Assembly: GCA_050746185.1 (NCBI GenBank)
Contig: JBOGLA010000005.1
Location: 111,210-143,209, forward strand
Reading direction: 5' to 3'
Length of the DNA stretch: 32,000 nucleotides
From: Terriglobales bacterium
GTDB lineage: Bacteria; Acidobacteriota; Terriglobia; Terriglobales; Acidobacteriaceae
A model generated the notes under the pieces. It was not told where the DNA came from. It saw only the letters and a list, made by a program, of their open reading frames with translations, and ran no database searches. Each line of letters begins with the position of its first letter. The stretch's first letter is position 1. Positions 13,667 through 22,982 of this stretch are shown here, piece after piece. The translations under genes and the position numbers were made by a program.

Positions 13667-14910
13667 CGTTGCCCCCTGACTTTTCCCGGCATCGCGGCCG
13701 GATTCTCATGCGTACGCTCTCTGAACCCTCCCTTCATTCCCCCCGCCAATGAAACGCTCGACTCGCCAAACTTATCGCGCAGCCTATCCGCGGCGGACAT
13801 TGCCTGCTGCCAGCGCTGTCGGCGCCCATCTTCCAGAAGATCGCCCTGACCGACAACTTCTTCGAAAGACGACGCCTGCACACCAAGCAACCGTACCGCC
13901 GAGTTCCTGCTCCAATTCTCACGGAAAAGACCGCGCACCTGTTCGAAGATTTCCGTATCCAGTTGCGTCGGTGACGATAGCGTATGCGCCCGCGTAATCG
14001 TAGAAAAATCCTTATAGCGCAGCTTGAGTTGGATGGTCCGCGCATAGAGCCGATGCTCGCGCAGCCGCCTGCCCACCATTTCGGACAGACGCATCAGTGT
14101 AGATTCAAGCTGCGCGGGATCGCCTGTGTCCTCGTTATAAGTGTGTTCGTGGCTGATGGATTTCGGATCAGCGCCGGCCCCGACTTCGCTGTCAAACCAT
14201 CCTCCAGCGTCCTCGCCTCGCGCCTTTCCTGCCAGCGCCAGTCCCCATTTTCCAAAACGGTCTTCCAGAAAAGCGGATTCGAAGCGCGCAAAATCGGCGA
14301 CCTTGCAAATGCCGAGCGCGTTCAGATTTTTTTCCGTAACCTTTCCGACCCCCGGAATGTCGCACACGTCGAGTGGGGCCAGAAAGTTTGCCTCACATCC
14401 GGGAATCGCCCAAAGCACGCCGTGAGGCTTCGCCTTGGCCGACGAAACTTTAGCCACGAGCCGTGAGCTGCCAATTCCGATCGAGCAATTCAGTTCCGTC
14501 TCCGCTTTCATCTTCCGATGGAGGCTATGAGCCGCGGCGAGCACTGGCCCGTGCAAGCGCTCGGTTCCGGTCATATCTAAATACGCTTCATCAATTGACG
14601 CCATTTCAACCAGCGGAGTAAACGAAGAAAGTACGCTATAAACTCGCTCGGAATATTGCCGATAGCGGTCAGGATGACCGTCCACAAATACCGCGTGCGG
14701 GCAAAGCTTCGCCGCAGTTCGCAACGGCATCGCCGAATGAACGCCAAACTTGCGTGCCTCGTACGACGCGGCGGAAACTACTCCGCGCTCGTCGCGTTGC
14801 CCACCGACAACAACAGCCTTGCCCTTCAACGCGGGGTCAAACAATTCTTCCACCGAGACAAAAAAGGCGTCCATATCAACATGAAAGATGGTCTTGACTA
14901 GGGTGGCCAT
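13663..14910 (-). CDS. dinB: DNA polymerase IV (Y-family translesion polymerase)
   Basis: IFHVDMDAFFVSVEELFDPALKGKAVVVGG, SYEARKFGVHSAMP and ASIDEAYLDMTG are canonical DinB motifs. I prefer the ATG at 14910 (MATLVKTIFHVDMDAFF) over the listed start at 14952. Confidence 0.9.
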   Translation of the reverse strand: MATLVKTIFHVDMDAFFVSVEELFDPALKGKAVVVGGQRDERGVVSAASYEARKFGVHSAMPLRTAAKLCPHAVFVDGHPDRYRQYSERVYSVLSSFTPLVEMASIDEAYLDMTGTERLHGPVLAAAHSLHRKMKAETELNCSIGIGSSRLVAKVSSAKAKPHGVLWAIPGCEANFLAPLDVCDIPGVGKVTEKNLNALGICKVADFARFESAFLEDRFGKWGLALAGKARGEDAGGWFDSEVGAGADPKSISHEHTYNEDTGDPAQLESTLMRLSEMVGRRLREHRLYARTIQLKLRYKDFSTITRAHTLSSPTQLDTEIFEQVRGLFRENWSRNSAVRLLGVQASSFEEVVGQGDLLEDGRRQRWQQAMSAADRLRDKFGESSVSLAGGMKGGFRERTHENPAAMPGKVRGQR

Positions 14911-14973
14911 TAGACAAAAGTGAACGAATGACAGAATTCTATCAGCGTCCACGATGAGCCATTATCATGGGGA

Positions 14974-15648
14974 TTGAAGGCCATGGAAGATCCAGCGACC
15001 CATTGGGACTATCTTCATCAGAATCCGCGCTTTCGTCCTTCGTATCCCTCGGAACCTGTAGTGCGCTTCATGATGGGGAACCGGAAGGCACTGGAAAAGG
15101 GCAGCGGGGCGCGATTTCTTGATATTGGCGTCGGCGCGGGCCGGCACGCGAAGTTTTCAGCAGATTTAGCTTTTGCTCCCTTTGGGATTGATATTTCGCT
15201 GGTCGGCCTTCAACATGCGCGGGAGCAGCTTCGGCAGGCAGGCGTACGGGCCCATTTGGCAGAAGCTTCAATGCTTGCTCTCCCCTTCAAAAATGGCAGC
15301 TTTGAAGTGGCTTTGAGTTATGGGGTGTTCTACTACGGAACGGCTGCGGAGATGAAACGGGCAATAGACGAAACTTACCGTGTGCTGAGTCCGGGAGGAC
15401 GAGCGTTCATCGTGGTTCGGACCACTAGCGACTGCCGTTTCGGCAAAGGACAACAAATTGAATCCAACACCTTCCGCCTGACAATGACCGAAACCAATGA
15501 GGAAGGGACAGTTCAACACTTCCTCGCAGCCGACGACATACCCAAATACTTTTCCCAATTTTCGCGGGTGACCTTCGAAAAGAGCGAAACGACCTTCGCC
15601 AATCGAAGGTTTATAAACTCAGACTGGTTAATTACTCTGGAGAAATGA
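14974..15648 (+). CDS. class I SAM-dependent methyltransferase
   Basis: Motif I is FLDIGVGAGRH. A post-I acidic residue is present (GIDIS). Motif II/III follows as ..FEVALSYGVFYY....LSPGGRAFIV. The substrate is not inferable. An alternative ATG start exists at 14983. Confidence 0.75.
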   Translation: MKAMEDPATHWDYLHQNPRFRPSYPSEPVVRFMMGNRKALEKGSGARFLDIGVGAGRHAKFSADLAFAPFGIDISLVGLQHAREQLRQAGVRAHLAEASMLALPFKNGSFEVALSYGVFYYGTAAEMKRAIDETYRVLSPGGRAFIVVRTTSDCRFGKGQQIESNTFRLTMTETNEEGTVQHFLAADDIPKYFSQFSRVTFEKSETTFANRRFINSDWLITLEK

Positions 15649-15697
15649 GGGTGCGTACATCTGCCTGATATTCGCAGACGTGGGTGTTTCACCATCC

Positions 15698-17191
15698 TTA
15701 CCGGTTCGCGAATGTCAGCGTGTCAGCAACCGAGACTGGAGGCACCGCTCTAAGTTGGCGCGCCTTTTCATACACCCGCACGTATTCCTTCGCGGATGAA
15801 CTCCAGGAGAAATCCTTATTCATACCGTTGCGCATAAGACTCTGCCAGCTACTTTGATCTTGAAAGGATTGCAAGGCCCGTCTTATTGTCAGCAGAAGCT
15901 CTTCGCCGTTATAGTCCGAGAATTTGAATCCCGTCCCCTTGCCGGTGCGCGGGTCCCACTGTTCAATGGTGTCGTCGAGGCCGCCGGTTGCACGAACGAT
16001 CGGCACCGTACCGTACTTCAGGCTGTACATCTGGTTCAGGCCTGAGGGCTCATACCTTGACGGCATGAGAAACATGTCGCTTCCGGCTTCGATTCTGTGA
16101 GCCAGGGCATTGTCGTATGCGATCTTCACGGCGATCTTTTGCGGAAACTGCTTATTGATGCGCGCAAACATCGCCTCGTATTGCCTGTCCCCAGTGCCCA
16201 GCACGACGAGGATCAACTCTTCCCGGGCCAACCGGTCCATAACCTGCGCGATAAGATCGAACCCCTTCTGCGCGGCGAAGCGCGAAACAATGCCAATGAC
16301 CGGCAAACTCGGATTCGCATCCGCGATGCCGAACATCTCCCGCAGATCTCGTTTGCACTTGACTTTGCCGCTCAAGTCTTCCGCAGAATAGTTGGCGGCA
16401 ATGAATTTATCCGTCTGTGGATTCCATTCCGCGTAATCCACGCCGTTGAGAATTCCCGCAACCGTGGAGGAACGGTCTCGCAGCACGCCATCCAGACCGA
16501 AGCCAAACTCGGCGGTCTGGATTTCCTGGCTGTACTTCCGGCTGACCGTGGTCACGAAATCGGCATAGACAAGCGCGCCTTTCAGATAATTTAAGTTGCC
16601 AAAGAATTCGAGCCGGGAAATCGTGAATAGATCCCATGGCAGAGTGAGCAATGGCAAAGTGTCGGGCGGAAACAGTCCTTGATATCCGAGGTTGTGGATG
16701 GTGAAAACAGTAGCGGTTTCGCGAAACGCGGGATCATCGGCATATTGCGTGCGCAGAAGAATCGGGATCAGCGCGGTCTGCCAGTCGTGGCAATGAAAGA
16801 CCTGTGGAACACCGAGAATTTTGGAAGCCTCGAGAACTGCCCGGCAGAATAATGCGAACCGCTCGGCATTGTCCGGGAAATCTCCCGCGGGCGTGCCGTA
16901 AAGAGCGTCGCGGTCGAAGTAAGCAGGATATTCTATGAAGTAAAATCGCACGCCATCGTGAGTTCCGCCGGAAATCACCGAACAAAAACGGTAGCGATCG
17001 TCAAACGGGACGGTAATACTTCCAACCGCCGTCTGGGCATCGGGAAGCCTGGTGTGGCGGTATCGCGGAAGATAGACCGTGATCTGGTGCCCCATTGCCG
17101 CCAGGGCTTGCGGCAACGCTCCTACAACATCTGCCAGCCCTCCGGTTTTTGAATAAGGAACACATTCGGAGGCCGCAAAAGCAATCTGCAT
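15698..17191 (-). CDS. glgA: glycogen synthase (ADP-glucose type, GT5)
   Basis: The N-terminus MQIAFAASECVPYSKTGGLADVVGALPQAL is the hallmark KTGGL motif. The C-terminal region reads ..FLMPSRYEPSGLNQMYSLKYGTVPIVRATGGLDDT. Confidence 0.92.
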   Translation of the reverse strand: MQIAFAASECVPYSKTGGLADVVGALPQALAAMGHQITVYLPRYRHTRLPDAQTAVGSITVPFDDRYRFCSVISGGTHDGVRFYFIEYPAYFDRDALYGTPAGDFPDNAERFALFCRAVLEASKILGVPQVFHCHDWQTALIPILLRTQYADDPAFRETATVFTIHNLGYQGLFPPDTLPLLTLPWDLFTISRLEFFGNLNYLKGALVYADFVTTVSRKYSQEIQTAEFGFGLDGVLRDRSSTVAGILNGVDYAEWNPQTDKFIAANYSAEDLSGKVKCKRDLREMFGIADANPSLPVIGIVSRFAAQKGFDLIAQVMDRLAREELILVVLGTGDRQYEAMFARINKQFPQKIAVKIAYDNALAHRIEAGSDMFLMPSRYEPSGLNQMYSLKYGTVPIVRATGGLDDTIEQWDPRTGKGTGFKFSDYNGEELLLTIRRALQSFQDQSSWQSLMRNGMNKDFSWSSSAKEYVRVYEKARQLRAVPPVSVADTLTFANR

Positions 17192-17338
17192 CGGTAAAAA
17201 TCCCTCTCAATCTGGGTTGTAACCGCTTTCGCAAGCTATCATAGGATGCTGGTGAGAAGGTGATGCACTTCGGAAAACGGCGCTAATCGAGTTTAGTTTA
17301 CAGCAGCAGAGAAAAAAGAAGAAAGAAAGAGGGGCAGT

Positions 17339-18214
17339 GTGCCCAAGGTTTCTGCAAATCGGCCCGGCCTGAACCGCAAACCGAAACTCGGTCAACATTT
17401 TCTGGTTGACGACGCAGCCGCCGCGCGGATTGTCGAGGCATTGGGGAACGTATCGCAGAGCACAGTGCTCGAGATTGGCCCCGGAAGGGGCGCTCTGACC
17501 GCGTTGCTCGCCCTCCGCGCGCGGCGACTGATCGCCATCGAGACGGATCGCGTTCTTGCGGCTCAACTGCGGATGAATTTCGCGCTAACACCAAACGTTG
17601 AAATCATCGAAGGCGACATTCTCGCTATTGATTTCGATACGATATTCGGACCGAAGCCCGGAAGCACGCGCCCCGGAATTAATCAGCAACCCGAGCCGGC
17701 GCGTGTGGTGGGGAACCTTCCCTACTTCATCACTTCCGATATTCTCTTGCGCCTTTTCCAATATCGAAAATACATTGAAAGCATCGTCCTTATGGTTCAG
17801 CGCGAAGTTGCCGACCGTCTTGCGGCAAAACCCGGCAAGAGCGAATACGGGCTGCTTTCAGCCACAGCCCAGCTTTACACTCGCGTGGAAAAATTGTTTA
17901 CCCTTCCTCCAGATTCCTTTTCCCCGCCGCCCAAAGTTCATTCCACGGTGGTCCGGATGTCGGTTGATCCGCGATTAGAAAGTTTGCATGTTCGGGAGGC
18001 AGAGTTCGTAGCATTTTTGAAGTTGATTTTCGGGCAGAAACGGAAAACGCTTTGGAATAATTTGAAATCTGACTACAAGCCGGAAGCGTTGCGCGCTGCC
18101 TTCGACGAAGCGAACGTTAAACCGAACGTGCGCGCAGAGGCTCTCACTCTGGAAAAGACTGCGGCATTGTTTCGGGTGCTTTCGAATGGTCCAGTTGGGG
18201 CATCAACCCCATAG
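17339..18214 (+). CDS. rsmA: 16S rRNA (adenine1518/1519-N6)-dimethyltransferase
   Basis: KPKLGQHFLVDDAAAARIV, VLEIGPGRGALT and VGNLPYFITSDIL are the KsgA/RsmA signature motifs. It has a GTG start preceded by AGAGGGG. Confidence 0.9.
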   Translation: MPKVSANRPGLNRKPKLGQHFLVDDAAAARIVEALGNVSQSTVLEIGPGRGALTALLALRARRLIAIETDRVLAAQLRMNFALTPNVEIIEGDILAIDFDTIFGPKPGSTRPGINQQPEPARVVGNLPYFITSDILLRLFQYRKYIESIVLMVQREVADRLAAKPGKSEYGLLSATAQLYTRVEKLFTLPPDSFSPPPKVHSTVVRMSVDPRLESLHVREAEFVAFLKLIFGQKRKTLWNNLKSDYKPEALRAAFDEANVKPNVRAEALTLEKTAALFRVLSNGPVGASTP

Positions 18215-18222
18215 GATGTCAC

Positions 18223-19044
18223 ATGGAAACCCGGTATCCCGCCGTTGCGGGACGCTTCTATCCAAGAGATCCGACCACCCTGCGGGCGGACGTGCAGTCT
18301 TATCTTTCGCCCGGCGAATCCAGAATGAACGAAGCGAAGATTAGTTGCCTCGGATGCATAGTCCCCCACGCCGGATATATATATTCCGGTCATGTCGCCG
18401 GCGCAGTGTTCAGCAAAATCAATATTCCTCGCAACTGTTTTGTAATCGGCCCCAATCACACCGGGCACGGGCGCCCGCTTTCCATTATGAGCGAAGGCTC
18501 CTGGGAAACACCGCTGGGCGCTGTATCAATCGCTTCTGAGTTAGCCAACGCGTTGAAAGATGCGTTCTCACCCTTAACGGAAAACTCTGAAGCCCACTAC
18601 GCGGAACACGCCATCGAAGTGGAACTTCCATTCCTTCAGCTTCTACAGCCGAATCTGGCTTTCGTTCCCATCGCGTTGGGGACCGGGCGCTTCGAACTTC
18701 TGGAGGGATTGGGGCGGGCGTTAGCTCAGGTGATCGCCGCCCAAACCGAGCCGGTATTGATCGTTGCATCCAGCGACATGAACCACTATGAGAGCGACGA
18801 AATCACCCGCATCAAAGATTTCAAAGCTATCGAAAGAATATTGAGTCTAGACGCGCGGGGTCTCTTTGATGTGGTGAAGAAAGAGAACATCAGCATGTGC
18901 GGATTTGGCCCTGTGATCACCATGCTTTCCGCCGCAAAGCAGCTCGGCGCTGCATCGGCGGAACTGGCGGAGTATGCAACCTCCGGGGATGTTTCGGGCG
19001 ACCGCGAGATGGTCGTGGGATACGCGGGAGTTATGGTCAAGTAG
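18223..19044 (+). CDS. AmmeMemoRadiSam system protein B (MEMO1-like)
   Basis: RYPAVAGRFYP.DP..L...V..YL, then GCIVPHAGYIYSGHVAG, GPNHTG and SSDMNHY match the Memo-like family. It lies 8 nt downstream of rsmA. Confidence 0.85.
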   Translation: METRYPAVAGRFYPRDPTTLRADVQSYLSPGESRMNEAKISCLGCIVPHAGYIYSGHVAGAVFSKINIPRNCFVIGPNHTGHGRPLSIMSEGSWETPLGAVSIASELANALKDAFSPLTENSEAHYAEHAIEVELPFLQLLQPNLAFVPIALGTGRFELLEGLGRALAQVIAAQTEPVLIVASSDMNHYESDEITRIKDFKAIERILSLDARGLFDVVKKENISMCGFGPVITMLSAAKQLGAASAELAEYATSGDVSGDREMVVGYAGVMVK

Positions 19045-19150
19045 CTCAGCTATAAGCGGTATGGGTCTGAAGATTGGGTCCACGAGGCCGGTTTGTGCAT
19101 AACTCCAAGCCCCATGGATGCTTTCCCGTCAGACCCATGCCTCCCCAAAG

Positions 19151-19657
19151 CTACTCGAAGCGCTTGCCGACCGCGGTGGCGCATCCGGTCATCAGCAACT
19201 TCCCAGTGGGGTCGTAAAAATGAACGGAAGCCTTCGGCGTGGTGAATTCATCCGGGTTGTCCCCCATCTCGATCCGTTGAGTAATTACCTGGGTCTTGGC
19301 CAGGACGCCATTCACCGTTATGAGGGCAATTGTGGATGCCCTATATGTGTCTCCACCTTTGTAACTCCATACTCCGTGACCGGGACCCCGGAAGACCGGC
19401 GGGGCAATCATGGGATTGGAAGTGGTTTCCGTCATCGTCCCGCCGCGGGCAAATGTCAGCAGCGAAAGGAATGGAGAGCCCAGCGCAGCCCCTGAGGCAC
19501 AGTCATGCTGGGTAACCTGGACGATCCATGTGCCTTCCAGTCTTTTCGCATCGGATTTGTAATCTTCGGCTTGCGACAGCCCGCTTACCGCAAGTAACAG
19601 AGCGAGCAGGCTTGCAAATGCCAACGCCGGCAGGCGTTTTATTGTGTTCGGTTTCAT
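19151..19657 (-). CDS. secreted hypothetical protein (168 aa)
   Basis: Clear signal peptide (MKPNTIKRLPALAFASLLALLLAVSGLSQA) followed by a beta-rich mature part (EGTWIVQVTQHDC...). It is divergent from the CadC-like regulator. I recognise no family. Confidence 0.65.
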   Translation of the reverse strand: MKPNTIKRLPALAFASLLALLLAVSGLSQAEDYKSDAKRLEGTWIVQVTQHDCASGAALGSPFLSLLTFARGGTMTETTSNPMIAPPVFRGPGHGVWSYKGGDTYRASTIALITVNGVLAKTQVITQRIEMGDNPDEFTTPKASVHFYDPTGKLLMTGCATAVGKRFE

Positions 19658-19762
19658 TGGGGATGTCTCCTAGTTTTGAAATTGCCGGGCGATTTCGTCG
19701 CTTCCGGTGGAGATATACTCATTTCTGCCCACGGGAAAGTCTTTAGATAGTGCTGAAGCGTT

Positions 19763-21541
19763 ATGAATTTTTCTGAAAATATGGAGTCGTCGGCCACGTC
19801 CGATTCCCAATCTCAGGTTTTTCAGGTGGGAGAATTTCGCATTGACGCCGGGAAGCGGCTATTCCTTCGGGCGGGCGTTCCGGTATCACTGACGCCGAAG
19901 GTTTTTGACACCCTTGTATTGCTGGTGAAAAGCGAAGGCAAACTTCTCCGAAAGGAGGAATTGATGCAGGCGATTTGGCCTGACACGACCGTGGAAGAAA
20001 ATAACCTGAACCAGAACATTTCCACTTTGCGCCGTGCTCTAGGGGAGGGCCGAGGTGAAAACCGCTACATCGCAACCATTCCCGGGAAGGGATACCGCTT
20101 CATCGCCGACGTCGAGATCGTTTTCGACGGGCATTCACATACGCCGCAACCTTTAACAATTGGCGTCCTCCCGTTCGAGAGTCTTGGGGCAGGCCCCGAA
20201 CGCGAATACTTTGCCGATGGCCTGACGGAGGAGACCATTGCCGCGCTCGGTCGCATCGAGCCCGATCATTTCGGCGTGATCGGACGAACATCGGTTATGC
20301 AGTACAAACGCACCACGAAATCACTGGCGGAAATCGGGCGCGAATTACACGCGGCTTATCTGATCGAAAGCTCTATTCGCGAGGAGGGAAGCCGGTTTCG
20401 CATCACCTCCAAATTGGTTCGCGTTCGTGACCAGCTTCAAGTATGGTCGGCCTCCTATGACAGCGAACCTCGGAGCATGCTGGTTTTTCAAAGCGAGCTG
20501 GGCGCGGTCATTGCCGAACAGATACGGCTGCGGCTTTCCCCCAAGCGTCTACAGGCGTTGGCTAAACGGCAGACTCAAAATGCCGAGGCTTATGATCTTT
20601 ATTTACACGGACGTCATTTCTGGAATCAATTGACCGCGCCCACAACCCGCCGCGCCATAGAATATTTCACTCATGCCACACAGCTTGACCCGAAGTATGC
20701 GTTGGCCTGGTCGGGTTTGGCCGACGCCTATTCCGCCAGTCCCGTAAATGGAGACGCGCAGCCGCTCATGGTTTGGCCAAAAGCCCGCGAAGCGATGGCG
20801 AAAGCGATCGAATCGGAGCCCGGATTGGCCGAAGTGCAAACTTCGCTTGGATTTCTAAAGTTCTGGCTCGACTGGGACTGGCCCGGCGCTGAGACAGCCG
20901 TGCGAAAAGCGATCGAACAAGACCATTCCTATCCCCTGGCCTATCGGGCGCTCGGGGTGGTTCTTTCGCATATGCGCAGGCATGACGAAGCCCAGTTAGC
21001 AATGCGCCGTGCGCGTGAATTGGACCCGCTCTACGTCATGCATCAGTCATTGTCGTCGCAGGTTGCATTTGCCGCGCGCGATTATTCCGCAGCCGTACAA
21101 TTCGCCCGTCAGGCAATCGTGGTTGATCCCGAGTTCTGGATCGCCCACCTTCATCTGGCGCAGATTTACGTGGAGTTGGGTGAATTCAGCCTCGCACTCG
21201 AAGAGCTCGACAGCGCGGGGAAGCTCAGCGGCGGCAACACGAAGACAATTGCGCTTCGGGGTTACATCTTCGCGAAGACTCAGAGGCCGGCTGAGGCCCG
21301 CGAGGTGTTACAAACGCTCGGGTCTATCTCCCGGGAGCGCTATGTTCCTCCCTATGCGATGGCCCTTGTGCATGCCGGGCTAGAACAGCGGGATTCGGCC
21401 TTGGATTGGCTTGAACGTGGCCGCCGCGACCGGGATGTGCATCTGACTTTTCTGCCCGTGGACCCCAAGTGGGATGCTTATCGCCGGGACGAGCGCTTTC
21501 AGGCCCTTATCAAAATCTGCGGATTCAAGCTCGCGTCGTGA
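19763..21541 (+). CDS. CadC/OmpR-type winged-helix DNA-binding protein with a TolB-N-like domain and TPR repeats
   Basis: FQVGEFRIDAGKRLFLRAGVPVSLTPKVFDTLVLLVKSEGKLLRKEELMQAIWPDTTVEENNLNQNISTLRRALGE..RYIATIPGKGYRF is a trans_reg_C wHTH. It is followed by the IGVLPFESLG...EYFADGLTEE module. The C-terminal TPR-like repeats include AEAYDLYLHGRHFW and ALAWSGLADAY. Confidence 0.85.
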   Translation: MNFSENMESSATSDSQSQVFQVGEFRIDAGKRLFLRAGVPVSLTPKVFDTLVLLVKSEGKLLRKEELMQAIWPDTTVEENNLNQNISTLRRALGEGRGENRYIATIPGKGYRFIADVEIVFDGHSHTPQPLTIGVLPFESLGAGPEREYFADGLTEETIAALGRIEPDHFGVIGRTSVMQYKRTTKSLAEIGRELHAAYLIESSIREEGSRFRITSKLVRVRDQLQVWSASYDSEPRSMLVFQSELGAVIAEQIRLRLSPKRLQALAKRQTQNAEAYDLYLHGRHFWNQLTAPTTRRAIEYFTHATQLDPKYALAWSGLADAYSASPVNGDAQPLMVWPKAREAMAKAIESEPGLAEVQTSLGFLKFWLDWDWPGAETAVRKAIEQDHSYPLAYRALGVVLSHMRRHDEAQLAMRRARELDPLYVMHQSLSSQVAFAARDYSAAVQFARQAIVVDPEFWIAHLHLAQIYVELGEFSLALEELDSAGKLSGGNTKTIALRGYIFAKTQRPAEAREVLQTLGSISRERYVPPYAMALVHAGLEQRDSALDWLERGRRDRDVHLTFLPVDPKWDAYRRDERFQALIKICGFKLAS

Positions 21542-21546
21542 ACTCA

Positions 21547-22914
21547 TTATTTGGGGCTACGCCCGGTTGGGCCCGAACGCATGGCACCCGCCCCGGAATG
21601 CATTGGCGCCGGGTTGCCTCGTCCCGCCTGGGATGACGGCGACATTCCGCGCGACCCGGATCCGGGCTCATAAGGCTGATATCCCGCTCCAGTCATTGTC
21701 CTTGTCATTGGCCTCATTCCCACGGGCGCGCTGTGAATCCGCGCGGTGGCCATGCCTTGAGTGCTTACCCTCTGCGAGATTTTGGAGAGGTCATTCACTC
21801 CACCTCTCGGTATGCCGAGTCCTGCTGAGTTATTCCGGATGATCAGCTTGCTGCTCGAGTGCCCGGCGAAACCGGGAGACGGCCCGTGATTCACCAGAAC
21901 TAAACTCTGGCCTGTAGTCGTTGGCGGCCTGGGTGAAACAAAATTTGCCGGAGCATTCATGATCCGAGGTTGAGCGTTGACCGCCATCCAAGTTCCTCCA
22001 GGATGCCACGCCCAGCCGCGCCCGTTGATGAACGCCCAGTTGCCTGAGTGGAATGGCGTCCATCCCCACGGATACGCCGAAACCCATCCGTAGCCCATGC
22101 CGGGATAAAACGCCCACGCTCCATCCATGAATGGATCCCAACCCGCACCCGCGAAATAGGGCTGCCACATCAGGCCATAACCCGGCGTATTGAAATAATT
22201 TCCGTAATAGCTGAGGTCGCTCAAGCCATAGGAATATGCTGATGAGCTGGCGACGGGGCTGTCGGCACCGTAACGCTGCTGATACTGATCCTGCCGCTTA
22301 TCCCATGCGTCGTAAGGGGCCGGCTCAACATTCTTGGCGATCTTTCCCTCTTCGTTGCCTGCAAGATCGAATATCGCAGTGCGGTTCTTTGATACTTGAA
22401 CCGTACCAGACACAGCTTCCACATCGGCCTCGCCGCTGAATACCGCGACCGCCGCATTTTTGTCAGACAACTCAATTCGCAGGTGAACCGGATGGATCAA
22501 AACCATCTTCTCCTGCCCGAACGTCAAAGTCAGCTGATCATTCTTCGTATTCTTGAAATCAACGTAGGCAGTACCACTCTTGACCGTCACATCAGAAATT
22601 CTGGTTCCAGAATCGCTCAACGAAAGCTGCGGAAACTCAACCGTGGTGTTGGGAGCCATGCGCAGCGCGCTTCCATCCTCAAATTCAATTTCGGCGCGGC
22701 CATCGCTTTCTGTTCGCACTTCGTTGCCCTGCGTTACCGGCAGGTTGAGAAACGCCTTTTCGTAACCGTGAAGGTTGCGATTGATTTGAACCGAACCTTC
22801 AATTTCGCTGAGCCGCACAATGCGAACGTGCGAGTCAGCAAAGCAGGGAACGGCAATCAGCGAACCTGCAATCACAAGCGCAAACGCAATAGCCTGAAAT
22901 TTGAAGAATTTCAT
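21547..22914 (-). CDS. secreted FecR-domain protein with an aromatic/Gly-rich repeat region
   Basis: I prefer the ATG at 22914, 8 nt after AGGAG, giving the signal peptide MKFFKFQAIAFALVIAGSLIAVPCFA. The FecR-like segment is VRIVRLSEIEGSVQINRN...GNEVRTESDGRAEIEFEDGSALRMAPNTTVEF. The middle region is W/Y/G-rich (YGLMWQPYFAGAGWDPFMDGAWAFYPGMGYGWVSAYPWGWTPFHSGNWAF). Confidence 0.8.
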   Translation of the reverse strand: MKFFKFQAIAFALVIAGSLIAVPCFADSHVRIVRLSEIEGSVQINRNLHGYEKAFLNLPVTQGNEVRTESDGRAEIEFEDGSALRMAPNTTVEFPQLSLSDSGTRISDVTVKSGTAYVDFKNTKNDQLTLTFGQEKMVLIHPVHLRIELSDKNAAVAVFSGEADVEAVSGTVQVSKNRTAIFDLAGNEEGKIAKNVEPAPYDAWDKRQDQYQQRYGADSPVASSSAYSYGLSDLSYYGNYFNTPGYGLMWQPYFAGAGWDPFMDGAWAFYPGMGYGWVSAYPWGWTPFHSGNWAFINGRGWAWHPGGTWMAVNAQPRIMNAPANFVSPRPPTTTGQSLVLVNHGPSPGFAGHSSSKLIIRNNSAGLGIPRGGVNDLSKISQRVSTQGMATARIHSAPVGMRPMTRTMTGAGYQPYEPGSGSRGMSPSSQAGRGNPAPMHSGAGAMRSGPTGRSPK

Positions 22915-22982
22915 GGTTGGGACTCCTGACGCTCTATGGCAATTAGAACACCTTTTAGGCTGCCTGGTTGTCAAGAATTCGT

